NCBI RefSeq assembly: GCF_009914755.1
Contig: NC_060925.1
From: the human T2T-CHM13v2.0 reference genome, Homo sapiens
Length of the DNA: 64,000 bases
Strand: one strand, 5' to 3'
The position numbers and the translations under genes are program-made. The stretch's first letter is position 1; each line of letters starts with the position of its first letter. This document shows positions 61,272 to 64,000 of this stretch, piece by piece. The notes beneath the pieces were generated by a model, which was not told the DNA's origin, searched no databases, and saw nothing but the letters and a program-made list of their open reading frames with translations.

Positions 61272-63660
61272 CTTGAGGCCTGGCCTTCTGCTCCTCTCCA
61301 ACCTCCCCTTCTCTGGGCCCAAGCCACCTTGGCTGAGGAGGGGGCGAGGAGGTGTGAGCCCCTGCCAGGAACCCCCTGCCCGGACCAAGTACTCGGCCCC
61401 CAGGCCTGCGTTCAGTGAGGCCTCCCGTGGCGTCAGCATGTTCGTGTGGAGGAATGTGGAAGTTCACTCTGTGGCCATGTTCCCCTGGTACTCCATCCCC
61501 TTCCTGACCCCTCCCTGCAGCCACACGAGGCCCAGCAACCTGCCAGTCACTCAGTGGCCTCCAACCAGAGAAAACAACCTGCCAAGTTGGCAGCTGTTGC
61601 TCATGAGCGTCCACCAGGTGGGACGGGGAGCGTTGACCCTGGGCGGCCCCCTGGAGCCACCTGCCCTGAAAGCCCAGGGCCCGCAACCCCACACACTTTG
61701 GGGGTGGTGGAACCTGGTAAAAGCTCACCTCCCACCATGGAGGAGGAGCCCTGGGCCCCTCAGGGGAGTCCCTGCTGGACAGTGACACAGAGAATGACCA
61801 TGATGATGCTTTCCTCTCCATCATGTCTCCTGACACCCAGTTGCCTCTACCGCTCAGATGATGTCAGGCCCAGTCCCTCATTGCCCCGCGCAAGGAACAG
61901 GACTCATCTTCTGAGAAGGATGGACGCAGCCCCAACAAATGGGACAAGGACCACATCTGGTGGCCCATGAGTGGCGGTCATGATCTTGAGCAAGCGGCAC
62001 CAGGCCCTGGCAGGGCGCACCAGGGTCACCCCAACCAGGATAACCGGACCATCAGCCAGATGCTGAGCGAGCGGTGGTACATCCTGGGGCCCAATGAGAC
62101 ACAGAAATACCATGACCTGGCCTTCCAGGTGAAGGTGGCCCACTTGCAACAAGGACCGAAAGAAGTCCAGCTCAGAGGCCAAGCCCACAAGCCAGGGGCT
62201 AGCAGGAGTGTAACAAGGGCTCGTGGGAGCGGAGCATATCAGAGACAGGCACTGCCACTGCCCCTGGGGTGTCCTCTGAACTCCTGTCAGTTGCAGCCCA
62301 AACACTCCAGAGCTCAGATACCAAGGAGCAGCTTCTGTGGGGCAGAACGGCTGCACACAGTCAGGAAACCTGGCTCAGCCTGGCCCAAGCCTTCTCCCAC
62401 AGCGGGGTACACAGCCTGGAAGGCAGGGAAATAGACCGTCAGGCACTACGGGAACTGACACAGGTAGTGTCTGGCACTGCATCATACTCTGGCCCAAAGC
62501 CTTCTACTCAGTATGGAGCTCCAGGCCACTTTGCAGCCCCTGGTGAGGGAGGTGACCAGTGGGCAGCCCTGCTGCTGCCCACCTGAGCTGCTCATTCCCA
62601 GCACATGGCCAGTGAGGACATAGCGAGTGACGAGGAGCACACGGTCATCCATGAGGAGGAGGGGGTGATGATGTCATTGCTGATGATGGCTTTAGCACCA
62701 CTGACACCGATCTCAAGTTCAAGGAGTGGGTGACCGACTGAGAGTGGGGACAACTCTGGGGAGGAGCCAGAGGGCAACAAGGGCTTTGGTGGGAAGGTAT
62801 TTGCACCTGTCATTCCTTCCTCCTTTACTCCTGCCGCCCCTTGCTAGATCCTGAGCCCCCAGGGTCCCCCGATCCACCAGCAGCTTTTGGCAAAGTCTAT
62901 GGTCCCACCCTGTCCTCCTCCTACACATACTCGGATGCTTCCCCCTCAACCTTGGCACCCACCTCCTTCTTACTGGGCCCAGGAGCCTTCAAAGCCCAGG
63001 AGTCTGGTCAAGACAGCAGAGCGGGCCCCCTATGACCCCTACCCCTGGGGATGGGGGCCCAGGGACGCCTTCCAAGGTGACCTGTTTCCTCCCAATGGAT
63101 CCTGCCACCTTCTGGTGCAAGAGACCAGAAAGTGTGGGCGACCTGGAGCTACCAGGCTCCTCAGTCATCAGGGTCCCTCCCAACACTAAGGCTTTCCTAG
63201 GCAGGAGCTGGGCTGAGCCACCCGGGGGGCAGAGCCTGAAGAGAAACTGACTGGGCTTTCGGGGTCAGGGCAGAGGGAACCCCACGGACATGGATCCCCC
63301 ACACTGGAGGACCCCACCACGCCCAAATGCAAGATGAGAAGATGCTCCAGCTGCAGTCCAAAGCCCAACACCCCCAAGTGTTCCATGTGTGATGGGGACA
63401 GCTTCCCCTTTGCCTGTACAGGTGGAGAAGCCGAGGACAGGCTCAGGGAACCGGAGACCGAGAAGGCGCTGTCCTCTTCACTGCACGTGCCCTGGACCAG
63501 TGCCGGCCCTGATCATGCAGCTCTTCCAGGCCCACTGCTTCTTCCTGTCCACTAGGCCACAGCCACCCTCCAGGCCCACTATGCACACATCTTCCCCTCC
63601 AAGGTTTGTTCTGCCCCTGCCCTGACTCCCAGCCCTGTGGGGGTCCTGACCGCACCTCAC

Positions 63661-64000
63661 CTGGCTCAGACTCTTGACGCTGCCCTGGCTGCCCCACCAC
63701 TGCCTCTGCCCGAGAGTCACGTGAGGCTGAGAGTAGGGGCAGGGGCAGCAGTGGTGCCAGTCGGGGGGCGGTCCAGTGGGAGGAGCCTCAGCCTCACGGG
63801 CTGCTCCGTGGGACTGATGACTGCATGATCTTCTGGGCACCTCACGGATCTTCAACTGCAGGTGAAACGGATGCTGGTGGTGGGTGCAGGGCCGCTGGGA
63901 GCTGCTGCGTGGTTCCCAGAGGCTGGACTGGGGCAGGTGCCAACTGAAGCTGCTGGGGCAGCATGGGCAGGATGTTCTGCACACAAACCTTGGAGAAGAT
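63661..64000 (-). ncRNA. Candidate upstream exon of the minus-strand chimeric transcript, within the CIC pseudogene
   Basis: Strong donor CCAG|GTGAGG with exon end at 63661; phase 0 with the SEPTIN14-derived exon. Confidence 0.55.
63725..64000 (-). pseudogene. CICP: Inverted CIC-derived segment (C1 domain end plus mid-gene piece)
   Basis: Minus strand encodes LQLKIREV... and LPQQLQLAPAP-like sequence, plus a second copy of ATCTTC..TCCAAGGTTTGT. Confidence 0.85.

Larger units (their letters stand above)
61272..64000 (+). pseudogene. CICP: Processed pseudogene of capicua transcriptional repressor (CIC-S isoform), rearranged; runs off the window end
   Basis: Intronless frameshifted matches: [31 protein letters not shown] (CIC-S N-terminus, ATG>AAG at 61387), [19 protein letters not shown] box [52 protein letters not shown]1 domain ALIMQLFQ. 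Confidence 0.95.

Noticed and set aside
61213-62586. Several 100-200-aa ORFs on both strands
   Set aside because: Frameshifted fragments or antisense shadows of the GC-rich CIC pseudogene; the HMG box is broken.

Overview
Primate (human-type) genomic DNA from a segmental-duplication block of the kind found at many human subtelomeric and interstitial sites. I recognise it by the adjacent SEPTIN14 terminal-exon copy and CIC processed pseudogene, but cannot tell which paralogous locus this is. No intact conventional protein-coding gene is present. Most of the window is interspersed repeat: about 30 Alus, MaLR and ERV1 solo LTRs, L1/L2/MIR remnants, microsatellites and a 700-bp AT-rich VNTR. The right end carries a duplicated SEPTIN14 last exon (minus strand, 59320-59496) and a rearranged CIC-S retrocopy (61272-end) with a large internal deletion and a fold-back inversion. 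The most notable structure is a chain of canonical minus-strand splice sites. It links the inverted CIC fragment, the SEPTIN14 exon and two non-repeat exons into a chimeric transcript with a continuous reading frame. The ATG-initiated part is 85 aa and resembles the subtelomeric F379/LINC01002-type family as I recall it. A perfect 54-bp-arm palindrome lies at 53633-53759. I see no evidence for a wholly new biological system. Repeat subfamily names are by eye and should be confirmed with RepeatMasker/Dfam.
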